DNA of 64,000 bases from Rhynchopus sp. YZ270_cl-10 (taxonomy: Eukaryota). The translations under genes and the position numbers were made by a program. The DNA is taken from contig OZ037838.1 of the NCBI GenBank assembly GCA_964035575.1, positions 868,001-932,000 of the forward strand. Reading direction: 5' to 3'. The notes beneath the pieces were generated by a model, which was not told the DNA's origin, made no database searches, and saw only the letters and a program-made list of their open reading frames with translations. Below are positions 24,504 to 35,487 of the stretch, piece after piece. How positions within the stretch are numbered: position 1 is the stretch's first letter; every line of letters starts with the position of its first letter.

Positions 24504-25631
24504 ATGATGGATGTGACCTTTGTGCTGGAAGAGTCAGGTGTGACTGCGACAGTGGAGGTGCCGTGCGAGGCGGACGTTGCAGCGGCAAAGGAGGTTGCGT
24601 GCACGGCGCTTGCTGTCTCGCCTGCGTCTGTCGAGATGCGCATCGGCACGCAGGTGCTGGAGGGGACGTGCCGTCTGCAGGACACTGCGTTTGATGCAGG
24701 GGTGCAGGTTGTGCTTGCCTGTCCTCGCTTTGCCGACATCAAGTGTCCTGCTGAGTATAGTGCAACTCATGTGGACAACTTGTCACTGTCGCGTTGTGGA
24801 ACGCTGTGCATATATTATAACAGGAGTGGGGATGTCGGTGTCTTCGACACAGAAACCTTCGACACTGTCTTCTCGTTCAAAGTGGACACTAAAGTGTCCG
24901 CTGCGCCTGCCATCTCGCAGTGCAAGACACGCTGCTACCTGCCGTGTGAGGATTGCCTTCTCGAGGTTGCGCTTCCGGGTGGGGAGGTGATCCGCAAAGT
25001 CGACGGCACCTCGGTTTCAGTACGAACGTGTGGCAGTGTTGTTGTCTCAAAGGGCAGAGACGGTGTCTCTGTGTATGACGAAGACCTGACGTTGCTCCGC
25101 TCTCTCTCGCATAAGCGGTGCAGGGACATGGCAGTGTCGGACTGTGGTGGGTGGGTGATCACCTCCTCCAGGAAGGAGAACAACGCACGTCTGTGGGATG
25201 TGAACACAGGTGTTACCGTGGCATGTGTGCCTGAGGACGGGTGGCAATGTCTCGTGGCGCTTTCACGGTCTGCCTCTGTCGTTGCTGTGGGGGGTCATAT
25301 GGGAAAGAGCGTGCACGTCTTTGATTGGAGTGGTGCGGCTCTTCGCAGTGTTGATGTGGGTGGGATTGTCGAGGGCATGCAGTTCACCCCGTGTGGGAAG
25401 TACTTTGTGGTGGCGGTAGGTGTAGAGGATTATAATGATGATGTCGAAGATTGTTTTGATTACGATGTACAGCTGCACCAGTATGATGTGGAGACCATGT
25501 CCTGTGTGCATGTGATACCGCTACTCTCTGGCGGGTCATTTGCGATATCACCGTGTTCACGTATTCTTGTGGTCATGCAAACAAATGGCGATATTGTGAC
25601 AAGGCATCTGTACCCACACAACAGTGAGTGA
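24504..25631 (+). CDS. UBL + beta-propeller family, copy 1 (375 aa)
   Basis: Ubiquitin-like ~70-aa N-terminus followed by seven WD40/YVTN-like blades (e.g. 'ARLWDVNTG'). Confidence 0.85.
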   Translation: MMDVTFVLEESGVTATVEVPCEADVAAAKEVACTALAVSPASVEMRIGTQVLEGTCRLQDTAFDAGVQVVLACPRFADIKCPAEYSATHVDNLSLSRCGTLCIYYNRSGDVGVFDTETFDTVFSFKVDTKVSAAPAISQCKTRCYLPCEDCLLEVALPGGEVIRKVDGTSVSVRTCGSVVVSKGRDGVSVYDEDLTLLRSLSHKRCRDMAVSDCGGWVITSSRKENNARLWDVNTGVTVACVPEDGWQCLVALSRSASVVAVGGHMGKSVHVFDWSGAALRSVDVGGIVEGMQFTPCGKYFVVAVGVEDYNDDVEDCFDYDVQLHQYDVETMSCVHVIPLLSGGSFAISPCSRILVVMQTNGDIVTRHLYPHNSE

Positions 25632-26307
25632 TGTGTGACCAGGGGAGGGGGAGGGTGGTGATGAATATACCCCAGGGACCCAGCAAAACAACCCAAGACC
25701 CTCAAAACACCCCCAAGAAACCCCTTTCAGCTTTCCCCCGAATGCGAAGAAGAATGCAAAGAAAACTCTTCGCACGCCATCTATGTCTAGGGGGATCAGC
25801 TGCGGGTCCACCCACGGTGTTCTGGTCACGCACCAAAAGGTACACTGCCAGGGCAAGGCATTGTGTTTCGAGTCACTTCTTTTTGCACTTTCTCTTCTTT
25901 TCGCCTGAGCTGGACGTTATGCACAGACGCTGCAACTTGCCAAACGCACAGCATCTGAGGTAGCTGCACTGCCTGACATCCTCATCCTGTTCCTTCTACA
26001 CCACTTAGCCAAACAACAACACGATCATGTCATCATGTATACTTTGGCCACAATCGTGTCAAAAAAATGTAAATCAATCCTCGACAACTCCAGGAAAGAA
26101 GCATTCCACACCACAATCTTTGGCAAACGACAACGACTGTATGTTTGCCGCAGGGTATCTTCAAATTGTTTGCTTTGTCAGACTTTTTTGTGAAACACGT
26201 ATTTACCCCACCAACCCGTAAACCCGCAAACCCGCAAACCTTCTTATTTGTCGTTGCGAAGTGACACCACCAACCATCACATCAAACACAACAGACCCCT
26301 TAACAAT

Positions 26308-27429
26308 ATGATGGATGTGACCTTTGTGCTGGAAGAGTCAGGTGTGACTGCGACAGTGGAGGTGCCGTGCGAGGCGGACGTTGCAGCGGCAAAGGAGGTT
26401 GCGTGCACGGCGCTTGCTGTCTCGCCTGCGTCTGTCGAGATGCGCATCGGCACGCAGGTGCTGGAGGGGACGTGCCGTCTGCAGGACACTGCGTTTGATG
26501 CAGGGGTGCAGGTTGTGCTTGCCTGTCCTCGCTTTGCTGACATCAAGTGTCCTGCTGAGTACAGTGTAGAGGTGCCACGTGCTGGGAAGGTGGTGGATAT
26601 GAGTCGCTTTTCGTTGTCTCCTTGTGGAGCACTCTGCCTCTTGATACAGAATGCGCGCTGCGTCACCGGCCTCGATACAGAAACCTTCAGCCCTGCCTTC
26701 AGTTTCAAAGTAGACATTGAGGTGTACAGTGCACCTGCCATCTCACGGTGCAAGACACGCTGCTACATGGCGCGTGGGGAAGGCCTTCTCGAGTTATCGC
26801 TTCCGGGTGGGGAGGTGCTCCGCAAAGTCGACGGCTCCTTGAATTCAGTGTTCGCGTGTGGTGGTGTTGTTGTCTCCCAAAGCACAGACGGCGTCTCTGT
26901 GTATGACGAAGACCTGACGTTGCTCCGCTCTATCTCCTTGCAGTGGTGCAGCAGTGTGGCAGTGTCGGACTGTGGTGGGTGGGTGATCACCTCCTCCTTC
27001 AGTGAGATGAGCGCACGTCTGTGAGATGTGAACACAGGTGAAGCTGTGGCATGTGTGCCTACGGATGGGAATCACGTGGCGCTTTCACGGTGTGCCTCTG
27101 TCTTTGCTGTGGGGTTCTATGATAAAGTGCAGCTCTACGACTGGAGTGGTGCGGCTCTTGGCAGCTTTGAAAAGGAGAAGTGTCACGTCGGTGTCGTGCA
27201 GTTCACTCCGTGTGGGAAGTACGTCGTTATTGGGTTTGGGAGCGGTGCACTATTTTGTGAAGAGTACACTCTACACCAGTATGATGTGGCGACCATGTCC
27301 TGTGTGCGTGTGATACAGGACACCAAAGGTGTATTTGCGATATCGCCGTGCTCACGTGTGGTTGTGTTCAAGGCAGGGGGTGATGCAGGAAGTAACGTCA
27401 TTGTCACAAGGCATCTGTACCCCTACTGA
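26308..27429 (+). pseudogene. UBL + propeller copy 2, premature TGA at 27022-27024 (Trp codon in paralogs)
   Basis: CGTCTGTGAGATGTG versus CGTCTGTGGGATGTG in paralogs; frame continues to RHLYPY*. Confidence 0.8.
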
Positions 27430-27720
27430 GCGATCCACCCTGTGTGGGAAGTACCTCCTCGCTGTCGCTGAGTACTGCGGTGTGTTGCTATCGTGTGTTG
27501 CATCAGTATTTGCGTTGCACCCTCGACCTACTAGCCTGTGAGGGAATTCATTTTAAGATGTCTTGAGGAAACTACCACACCACCCTTTACCTTTCTTTTT
27601 CACTTTTGCTTCGTTAAAACCCTCTCCTGCAGACACAACGAAAATGTACAAATACCCAAAACAAAACAACCCACACCTCATCTCCTCCTTACAGAGGTGG
27701 AACAAGAAGAAGACAAAACA

Positions 27721-28833
27721 ATGATGGATGTGACCTTTGTGCTGGAAGAGTCAGGCGTGACTGCGACAGTGGAGGTGCCGTGCGAGGCGGACGTTGCAGC
27801 GGCAAAGGAGGTTGCGTGCACGGCGCTTGCTGTCTCGCCTGCGTCTGTCGAGATGCGCATCGGCACGCAGGTGCTGGAGGGGACGTGCCGTCTGCAGGAC
27901 ACTGCGTTTGATGCAGGGGTGCAGGTTGTGCTTGCCCGCCGCTTTGCCGACATCAAGTGTCCTGCTCAGTACAAGGGACAGGAGCAAACAGCAAGGATGT
28001 CGCTGTCGCGTTGTGGAACTCTCTGCGTTTTTTCGGACTTGACTGGGGAGTTAGGTGGCTTCGACACAGAAACCTTCGACACTGTCTTCTCGTTAAAGGT
28101 GAACGTCACACTCGTTGCACCTGCCATCTCGCAGTGCAAGACACGCTTCTACCTGGCATGCAGGAAGCAAGGCCTTTTCGAGGTTGCGCTTCCGGGTGGG
28201 GAGGTGGTCCGCAAAGTAGACGGCACCTCAGACTCAGTGTCCGCCTGTGGCGGTGTTGTTGTCTCAAAGGGCACAGACGGCGTCTCTGTGTATGACGAAG
28301 ACCTGACGTTGCTCCGCTCTCTCTCGCACAAAGGGTGCAGGGATATGACAGTATCGGACTGTGGTGGGTGGGTGCTCACCGCCTCCTCAACAGAGTTGCA
28401 GGCACGTCTGTGGGATGTGAACACAGGTGAAGCTGTGGCAAGTGTGCCTTCGGGGTGGTTGCCTAGAGTGGCGCTTTCACGGTCTGCCTCTGTCTTTGCT
28501 GTGGGGGTGGTAAGCACCGTACAGCTCTATAATTGGAGTGGTGCGGCTCTTCGCAGTGTTGATGTGGGTGGGGGTGGGGGTCTCTGGGGCATGCAGTTCA
28601 CCCCGTGTGGGAAGTACCTTGTGGTGGGGGACTACGTCGAAGATGAAGACGACCGTTCTAGGTACCGTGTGCACCTGCAGCAGTATGATGTAGCGACCAT
28701 GTCCTGTGTGCGTGTGCTACCGCAAAACTCAGGTGTATCCTTTGCGATATCGCCGTGTTCACGCGTTGTTGTGGTTTTGCAATCAGATGGCGTCATTGTG
28801 ACAAAGCATCTGTACCCACACAACAGTGAGTGA
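27721..28833 (+). CDS. UBL + propeller copy 3
   Basis: Same architecture, MMDVTF start, HLYPHNSE* end. Confidence 0.85.
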   Translation: MMDVTFVLEESGVTATVEVPCEADVAAAKEVACTALAVSPASVEMRIGTQVLEGTCRLQDTAFDAGVQVVLARRFADIKCPAQYKGQEQTARMSLSRCGTLCVFSDLTGELGGFDTETFDTVFSLKVNVTLVAPAISQCKTRFYLACRKQGLFEVALPGGEVVRKVDGTSDSVSACGGVVVSKGTDGVSVYDEDLTLLRSLSHKGCRDMTVSDCGGWVLTASSTELQARLWDVNTGEAVASVPSGWLPRVALSRSASVFAVGVVSTVQLYNWSGAALRSVDVGGGGGLWGMQFTPCGKYLVVGDYVEDEDDRSRYRVHLQQYDVATMSCVRVLPQNSGVSFAISPCSRVVVVLQSDGVIVTKHLYPHNSE

Positions 28834-29157
28834 TGTGTGACCAGGGGAGGGGAGGGGATGGTGGTGATCAATATAACCCAGGGTACTAGCAAAAAAAACC
28901 CAAGACCCTCAAAACACCCCCAAGAAACCCCCCTTTCAGCCCTGTTGCTGCTTTTCTCTTGTTTGCTTGCCACAGGTCGCACACCTCACACGCTGCCCAT
29001 GTGGCGCTCTCGTGTGGGTGACAGATCCCGATGACGAGTGTTGTTTTCCATTCGTCACCTCTCACAACGAGAACCACGACAGATATGCAACACAGAACAA
29101 CACCTCTCCCCCACCCACCCACCTCGTGAGCAGTGGAGTAAAGAAGAAGAAACAATT

Positions 29158-30342
29158 ATGGATGTGACCTTTGTGCTGGAAGAGTCGGGCGTGACTGCGA
29201 CAGTGGAGGTGCCGTGCGAGGCGGACGTTGCAGCGGCAAAGGAGGTTGCGTGCACGGCGCTTGCTGTCTCGCCTGCGTCTGTCGAGATGCGCATCGGCAC
29301 GCAGGTGCTGGAGGGGACGTGCCGTCTGCAGGACACTGCGTTTGATGCAGGGGTGCAGGTTGTGCTTGCCCGCCCTCGCTTGACGGGCATCAAGTGCCCT
29401 GCTGAGTGCTATGTGCGGGAGGGAGTGCAACGCCGCGACTACTTATCACTGTCGCGTTGTGGAACTCTCTGCGTCTATAGTAGCAGGGATGGGCATGTTG
29501 GCGGCTTCGACACAGAAACCTTCGACACCGTCTTCTCGTTCGAAATGGACGCATTGGCTGCGCCTGCCATCTCACAGTGCAAGACACGCCTCTACTTGTC
29601 GTGTGGGGGAGACTTATACAAGGTTGCGCTTCCGGGTGGGGAGGTGCTCCGCAGAAGAAGAAAAAAGGTGGCAACTGGACCAGTCCAAAAATTTATCAAA
29701 AAAATGCTCCGCAAAGTCGACAGCATCTCAGAGTCAGTGTTCGCGTGTGGCAGTGTTGTTGTCTCAAAGGGCACAGACGGCGTCTCTGTGTATGACGAAG
29801 ACCTGACGTTGCTCCGCTCTCTCTCGCACGAAGGGTGCTGGGGTATGGCAGTGTCGCACTGTGGTGGGTGGGTGATCACCACCTCCGAGGAGCAGAACAA
29901 TGTACGTCTGTGGGATGTGAACACAGGTGTTGCTGTGGCATGTGTGCACCTGGGGTGGAACCGCGTTTTGTTCAGTAGAGAGGCGCTTTCACGGTCTGCC
30001 TCTATCTTTGCTGTGGCAGTCTCTCGCACCGTGGATCTCTATGATTGGAGTGGTGCGGCTCTTCGCAGTGTTGATGTGGGTGGGGATGGGAGTCTCTGGG
30101 GCATACAGTTCACCCCGTGTGGGGAGTACCTTGTGGTGCACGCGTTACATGACGGGGAAGGTTCTTGTTACGGTGCAAAACTGCACCAGTACGATGTGGC
30201 GACCATGTCCTGTGTGCATGTGATATCGCACGCCTATATTGAGTATTTTGATATATCGCCGTGTTCGCGTGTGGTTGTGTTTGCGTGTGACGAACAAAGC
30301 GGCATTGCAACAAGGCATCTGTACCCACACAACAGTGAGTGA
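29158..30342 (+). CDS. UBL + propeller copy 4 with 20-aa in-frame insertion
   Basis: Same architecture; insert at 29654-29704 flanked by TGCTCCGCA repeats. Confidence 0.82.
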   Translation: MDVTFVLEESGVTATVEVPCEADVAAAKEVACTALAVSPASVEMRIGTQVLEGTCRLQDTAFDAGVQVVLARPRLTGIKCPAECYVREGVQRRDYLSLSRCGTLCVYSSRDGHVGGFDTETFDTVFSFEMDALAAPAISQCKTRLYLSCGGDLYKVALPGGEVLRRRRKKVATGPVQKFIKKMLRKVDSISESVFACGSVVVSKGTDGVSVYDEDLTLLRSLSHEGCWGMAVSHCGGWVITTSEEQNNVRLWDVNTGVAVACVHLGWNRVLFSREALSRSASIFAVAVSRTVDLYDWSGAALRSVDVGGDGSLWGIQFTPCGEYLVVHALHDGEGSCYGAKLHQYDVATMSCVHVISHAYIEYFDISPCSRVVVFACDEQSGIATRHLYPHNSE

Positions 30343-30800
30343 TGTTTCGCGAGGGGTGGGAGGGTGGTGACTGTATTCTGACAGAAGGGGACAGTGCAAG
30401 TGTCTGCAGAGGGTATACCATCAACATAGTACGTCTTTTCATTCATACCACAAAGACTTTGTTGTTGTTGTGTTTTTGTTTCATCTTGGTATCGTTTACT
30501 GTTGACGTCCTGGGCTGGACCTTAAATTGCATCCGGGGGTCCGTTCCTCCAGAAACTCTATGAAGGTGTTGACCGCTCGAACCGATGCCTCCTACCTGAG
30601 AGATTACAAAACAGGAGGCGAGGAGGGGTATGCGGGGCGTTTTTGTGCCTTCAGGGTCTTTTTGTTTTTCAGCAACCCTGCCTCTCCTTTATCACCAGTG
30701 CATAGCCCCTGTCTTTTTGTTGGGGTATGCGGGACTTCCCCTAGTCCTCAGGGTCTAAACGCCCCTGCCCTCTTTTATGCAAGTTCACCCTGGCAGGGTA

Positions 30801-31411
30801 CCGTAACTGTAAATATGTTGGTCCGTAAAAATGTTGGGACAGCCCAAAAAGGCTTGCTCGTCCCAACATTATTACGGCCCAACATTTTTTGGGCCACTTT
30901 GGCTTGAGTCTATTTGTCTTAGCGTTTATTTTTTTTGATAAAACAACTTGTTGTCAATTCTAAAAAGATTGGAGGCAGCGCTGCAGGGCAAACAAAACGG
31001 ATTGAAAAAAAACAGAAGCTTGCTTGTTTTCTTTGAGTACTTAACCACAACAACCGTACTTCAGTTTAACACATTTTTTCACCTTTTTGTTTTCCCGGCT
31101 TTGAGCGCACAAACAAAAGACCCGATCTTTTTTGGGGGTGCGTTTTTTTTTGGGGGTCGGGCTACAGGGACGTTTTCCTCGATTTTTGGGGTGACGGGGT
31201 GGGGGAAAAAAAAGCTATAGTGGAGTTCATCTTCGGGTGTCTACACTAAAACAACCAAGTTTTCAAAAAAAGCTAAGACAAATCTTCCCCAACGAAAATC
31301 TACGTCAATATTCCCTAACTTAAATGTGTTGGACCGTGATAATGTTGGGACGGCAATTTTTTGCCCCAGCTGTCCCAACATTATTACGGCCCAACATATT
31401 TACAGTTACGG
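30801..31411. mobile_element. Tc1/mariner-type MITE (CCGTA termini, TA TSD) containing a nested R1 copy
   Basis: 43-bp TIR CCGTAACTGTAAATATGTTGG.CCGTAA.AATGTTGGGACAGC with 2 mismatches; TA at 30799-30800 and 31412-31413. Confidence 0.9.
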
Positions 31412-31819
31412 TATATAAATGCGGGTCAGGTGGCCCCCCTATGCTATGATGGGTGCTCGTACCCAGAGCATTAATGGTCAGCGGTCAGGCCGGAGTCGCT
31501 CTGCGGAGTCTCTCTGCCACGCCTTTGGGTTACGGTGTGCTGCCTGTAAGGACGTCCATGTATATCCCTAAGAGCAAGGGTGAGGCCCAACTGTCGGTAC
31601 AGCATGGGGCGCCAAGAGAGATGTTGTGACCCCCCTCGCCCACCCCTTTTTGTGTTTTTGGGTTTCTGCTCTCTTGTGTAGACTATCGTGCACCAACTGC
31701 AGTACCTGTAAGCTCACAACTCTTCAACGGAAGGTGGGCCGCCGGCTGACGAGCAGCCCTCGTCCTCTTACGGTACGGGTACGTCCGCTTAGGTTTCCTT
31801 TTTACATCTTCTGTTGTTG

Positions 31820-31880
31820 GCCGCAGGGTACTTTCATCCGGATGGCTGGCATCGTACAGTGGGTCAGTCGGAGGTGCCTG
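31820..31880 (+). repeat. Short hairpin repeat family R6 (GGCC(G/A)CAGGGTA..TCATCCGGATGGCTGGCATCGTAC.GTGGGTCAGTCGGAGGTGCCTG); copies ~40824-40895, 48879-48947
   Basis: Three near-identical copies, same strand. Confidence 0.8.
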
Positions 31881-32366
31881 TAGTAATAACTTCACTTTTA
31901 TTTATACCACACAAAAACTTTGTTGTTGTTGTGTTTTTTTTTTTTTGTTTTGTTTATCTTGGTATCGTTTACTGTTGACTCTTTGTTCGAGGATCCCCCA
32001 GTGAACCGTTTGTGACCTTGCTCTGCCTGGGCAGTCGTTAGCGTTGACGTTCGTCTGTAGCATACAAGAAAGAAGAAAGATCCCAGTCTCATTGGTGTTT
32101 GTTTTTCAAGAGTTTGTGTGTTCTGCTCTTGTGGGTTGCCGTTAAACGGAAACACAAACCTGCTGACAATCCTCCCCGTTCACACAACAGTACGGGCAAG
32201 CCACGAGGTTTCTTTTCACATCTCCTGTGTGTTTGCAGGGTATCTTCAAATTGCTTGTTTTGTCAGAGTTTGTTGAAACACGTATTCAACCCACCAACCT
32301 TCATGTTTGTCGTTGCGAAGTGACACCACCAACCATCACATCAAACACAACAGAGCCCTTAACAAT

Positions 32367-33473
32367 ATGATGGATGTGACCTTTGTGCTGGAAGAGTCAG
32401 GCGTGACTGCGACAGTGGAGGTGCCGTGCGAGGCGAAGGTTGCAGCGGCAAAGGAGGTTGCGTGCACGGCGCTTGCTGTCTCGCCTGCGTCTGTCGAGAT
32501 GCGCATCGGCACGCAGGTGCTGGAGGGGACGTGTCGTCTGCAGGACACTGCGTTTGATGCAGGGGTGCAGGTTGTGCTTGCCTGCCCTCGCTTTGCCGAC
32601 ATCAAGTGTCCTGCTGAGTACAATGCCCGTGTAGAAGGATTGTCGCTGTCGCGTTGTGGAACTCTCTGCGTCTACAGTAACAGGAGTGGGGATGTTGGCG
32701 GTTTCGACACAGAAACCTTCGACACTGTCTTCTCGTTTGAAGTGGACGGTGACGTGCGCGGTCGGCCTGCCATCTCGCAGTGCAAGACACGCTGCTACCT
32801 GGCGTGTGGGGATCACCTTCTCGAGGTTGCGCTTCCGGGTGGGGAGGTGGTCCGCAAAGTCGACGGCTCCTGGCGCTTAGTGTTCGCGTGTGGCGGTGTT
32901 GTTGTCTCCCAGGTCAGAGACGGCGTCTCTGTGTATGACGAAGACCTGACATTGCTCCGCACTCTCTCGCACGAAGGGTGCTGGCGTGCGTCGGTGTCGG
33001 ACTGTGGTGGGTGGGTGATCACCTCCTCCTGGGAGGAGAACGCGCGTCTGTGGGATGTGAACACAGGTGAAGCTGTGACATGTGTGCCTGCAGAGGGGTG
33101 GTGGTGTGGAGTGGCGCTTTCACGGTCTGCCTCTGTATTTGCAGTGGAGGGCTCTGGCAACGTGCAGCTCTATGATTGGAGTGGTGTGGCTCTTGGCACT
33201 ATTGATGTGGGTGGGGATGTAGAGGGAATGCAGTTCACCTTGTGTGGGAAGTACCTTGTGGTCAGGGTAGAGGGTGCGGGTTCTGATGATGACACAGATG
33301 ACGATCACAATACACCCCTGCACCAGTATGATGTGACGACCATGTCCTGTGTGCATGTGATACCGCAATGCTCAGGTGCATTTGCGATATCGCCGTGTTC
33401 ACGTGTTGTTGTGGTTTTGCAAACAAATGGCATTATTGTGACAAAGCATCTGTACCCACACAACAGTGAGTGA
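32367..33473 (+). CDS. UBL + propeller copy 5
   Basis: Same architecture. Confidence 0.85.
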   Translation: MMDVTFVLEESGVTATVEVPCEAKVAAAKEVACTALAVSPASVEMRIGTQVLEGTCRLQDTAFDAGVQVVLACPRFADIKCPAEYNARVEGLSLSRCGTLCVYSNRSGDVGGFDTETFDTVFSFEVDGDVRGRPAISQCKTRCYLACGDHLLEVALPGGEVVRKVDGSWRLVFACGGVVVSQVRDGVSVYDEDLTLLRTLSHEGCWRASVSDCGGWVITSSWEENARLWDVNTGEAVTCVPAEGWWCGVALSRSASVFAVEGSGNVQLYDWSGVALGTIDVGGDVEGMQFTLCGKYLVVRVEGAGSDDDTDDDHNTPLHQYDVTTMSCVHVIPQCSGAFAISPCSRVVVVLQTNGIIVTKHLYPHNSE

Positions 33474-33664
33474 TGTGTGACCAGGGGAGGGGAGGCTGGT
33501 GAGCAATATAACCCAGGGTCCCAACAAAAAAAACCCAAGACCCCCAAAACACCCCCAAGAGACTCCCCTTCTAGCCATGTTGCAGGAACACGTACTCAAC
33601 CTTCTTATTTGTTGCAAGTGACACCACCAACCATCACATCAAACACAACACACCCCTTAACAAT

Positions 33665-35179
33665 ATGATGGATGTGACCTTTGTGCTGGAAGAGTCAGGC
33701 GTGACTGCGACAGTGGAGGTGCCGTGCGAGGCGGACGTTGCAGCGGCAAAGGAGGTTGCGTGCACGGCGCTTGCTGTCTCGCCTGCGTCTGTCGAGATGC
33801 GCATCGGCACGCAGGTGCTGGAGGGGACGTGCCGTCTGCAGGACACTGCGTTTGATGCAGGGGTGCAGGTTGTGCTTGCCTGTCCTCGCTTTGCCGACAT
33901 CAAGTGTCCTGCTGAGTGCAGTACCCGGGTGTATGTGAATTACTTGTTGCTGTCGCGTTGTGGAACGCTCTGTGTTTTTTCGAACTTGACTGGGCATGTT
34001 GGTGGATTTGACACAGAAACCTTCGACACTGTCTTCGCATTTGCTGAGGGCAGTGACGTTGTGTTCTATCCTTTTGCCCTGTCGCAGTGCAAGACACGCT
34101 GCTACGTGCCGTGTGAGGATTACCTTCTCGAGCTTGCACTTCCGGGTGGGGAGGTGGTCCGCAAGGTCGACGGCACCTCGAGAGCAGTGTCCGCGTGTGG
34201 TAGTGTTGTTGTCTCGTTTTGTGAAGACGGTGTCTCTGTGTATGACGAAGACCTGACGTTGCTCCGCTCTCTCTCACACAAGGGGTGCGACCAGGGGTAC
34301 GGGAACTTGGCAGTCTCGCACTGTGGTGGGTGGGTGGTCACCGGCTCCTTCAGCGAGAACAACGCACGTCTGTGGGATGTGAACACAGGTGTTGTTCTGG
34401 CATGTGTGCCTGCGGAGGGGCGGTCCAAGGTAGCTCTCTCACGGTCTGCCTCTGTCTTTGCTGTGGGGGGTAATATGGACGATCCAAAGAGCGTGCAGCT
34501 CTACGACTGGAGTGGTACGGCACTTCAGAACGCCAGTATCTCTGGAGATGTCTGTGGCGTGCAATTCACCCAGTGTGGGAAGTACTTGGTGGTCAATGTG
34601 CATGCTGACGAAGGTGAAGTACATGAAAAGCTGCACCAGTACGAAGTGGCGACCATGACCTGTGTACTTGTGATCCCAGACGTCAACGGTCGGTCATTTG
34701 CGATATCACCGTGTTCGCGTGCGGTTGTGTTTGTATCATCCAAAAGCGACTTCGTCCCGAATGAACAGGGCTATTGCTCCAGTCCAATTTCGAAACCGGG
34801 TAGTACATTTTCCCTGTACATGGTACACGGGGGAAAAATTAGACCCCCCCAAAAAAAAAAACTCTTTGCCGTTTGCATTACCACTGCAAACGAAGTGCGA
34901 TCGGGTTTTGGGGCGGCAGGCATTGCACCGTCAGTTGCAATCGTCGGACTGATGGGGCTTGAGACGGTCCTTGTGGCCCCCTCGGTGTGCGCGAACAGTA
35001 CCTTTCATTGTGGGCGCGCGGACAATTTGTCACCGAGGGCTCAGGATTGGATGTCTGAATCAGGAGATGCTGATTACACACACCTGGTACCCAAGACTTG
35101 GTACGCCGACGCTGCTAGCAACGCGCACGCATCATTTGTGAACATTTCTCTCAGTGTCCTGCTGACCGATGAACGGTGA
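33665..35179 (+). CDS. UBL + propeller copy 6 with aberrant, extended C-terminus (family similarity ends near 34760)
   Basis: Lacks the TRHLYPHNSE end and reads through into unrelated sequence. Confidence 0.65.
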   Translation: MMDVTFVLEESGVTATVEVPCEADVAAAKEVACTALAVSPASVEMRIGTQVLEGTCRLQDTAFDAGVQVVLACPRFADIKCPAECSTRVYVNYLLLSRCGTLCVFSNLTGHVGGFDTETFDTVFAFAEGSDVVFYPFALSQCKTRCYVPCEDYLLELALPGGEVVRKVDGTSRAVSACGSVVVSFCEDGVSVYDEDLTLLRSLSHKGCDQGYGNLAVSHCGGWVVTGSFSENNARLWDVNTGVVLACVPAEGRSKVALSRSASVFAVGGNMDDPKSVQLYDWSGTALQNASISGDVCGVQFTQCGKYLVVNVHADEGEVHEKLHQYEVATMTCVLVIPDVNGRSFAISPCSRAVVFVSSKSDFVPNEQGYCSSPISKPGSTFSLYMVHGGKIRPPQKKKLFAVCITTANEVRSGFGAAGIAPSVAIVGLMGLETVLVAPSVCANSTFHCGRADNLSPRAQDWMSESGDADYTHLVPKTWYADAASNAHASFVNISLSVLLTDER

Positions 35180-35340
35180 GGCGTTTGCACTTTCAACTGC
35201 TCTTTCTCTCGCGGATGAAAACCCACCTACATAGGAACGGCAGTGACCCCACTGTGGATTGTTGAATCACCTAAAACTGCAAATATGCCCACTTTAGGTG
35301 GTTTTGACCCTCCCAGACCCTAAGGTAAAATTACTAGTAA

Positions 35341-35487
35341 TTGGTGTTCCCGAAAGGGCCCATATTGACAGGTCCTTGACATGTCCTTGACACAAGGTTT
35401 ACAGGGGAAAATGACACACCCCCCCTATATTGACATGTCCTTGACATGTCGTTGACATGTCCCCGACAGCAGATCGGTAACACCAGT
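35341..35487. mobile_element. Degenerate small MITE with TTGACATGTCC repeats
   Basis: TGGTGTT(C/A)CCGA inverted at both ends; internal tandem motifs. Confidence 0.45.

Noticed and set aside
24577..24990. Recurrent alternative-frame and antisense ORFs over the UBL block (MQRQRRLRARR.., MMSAKR..)
   Set aside because: They recur only because the DNA is identical between copies; starts are mostly non-ATG and lengths vary.
27022..27024. TGA read as Trp (alternative genetic code)
   Set aside because: TGA terminates many genes here and all paralogs have TGG at this site.
27538..27720. N-terminal extensions of family ORFs in the ORF track (also 26248, 29038, 32307, 55916, 58890, 60540, 62019)
   Set aside because: Mostly non-ATG starts in leader DNA that differs between copies; the shared start is (M)MDVTF.
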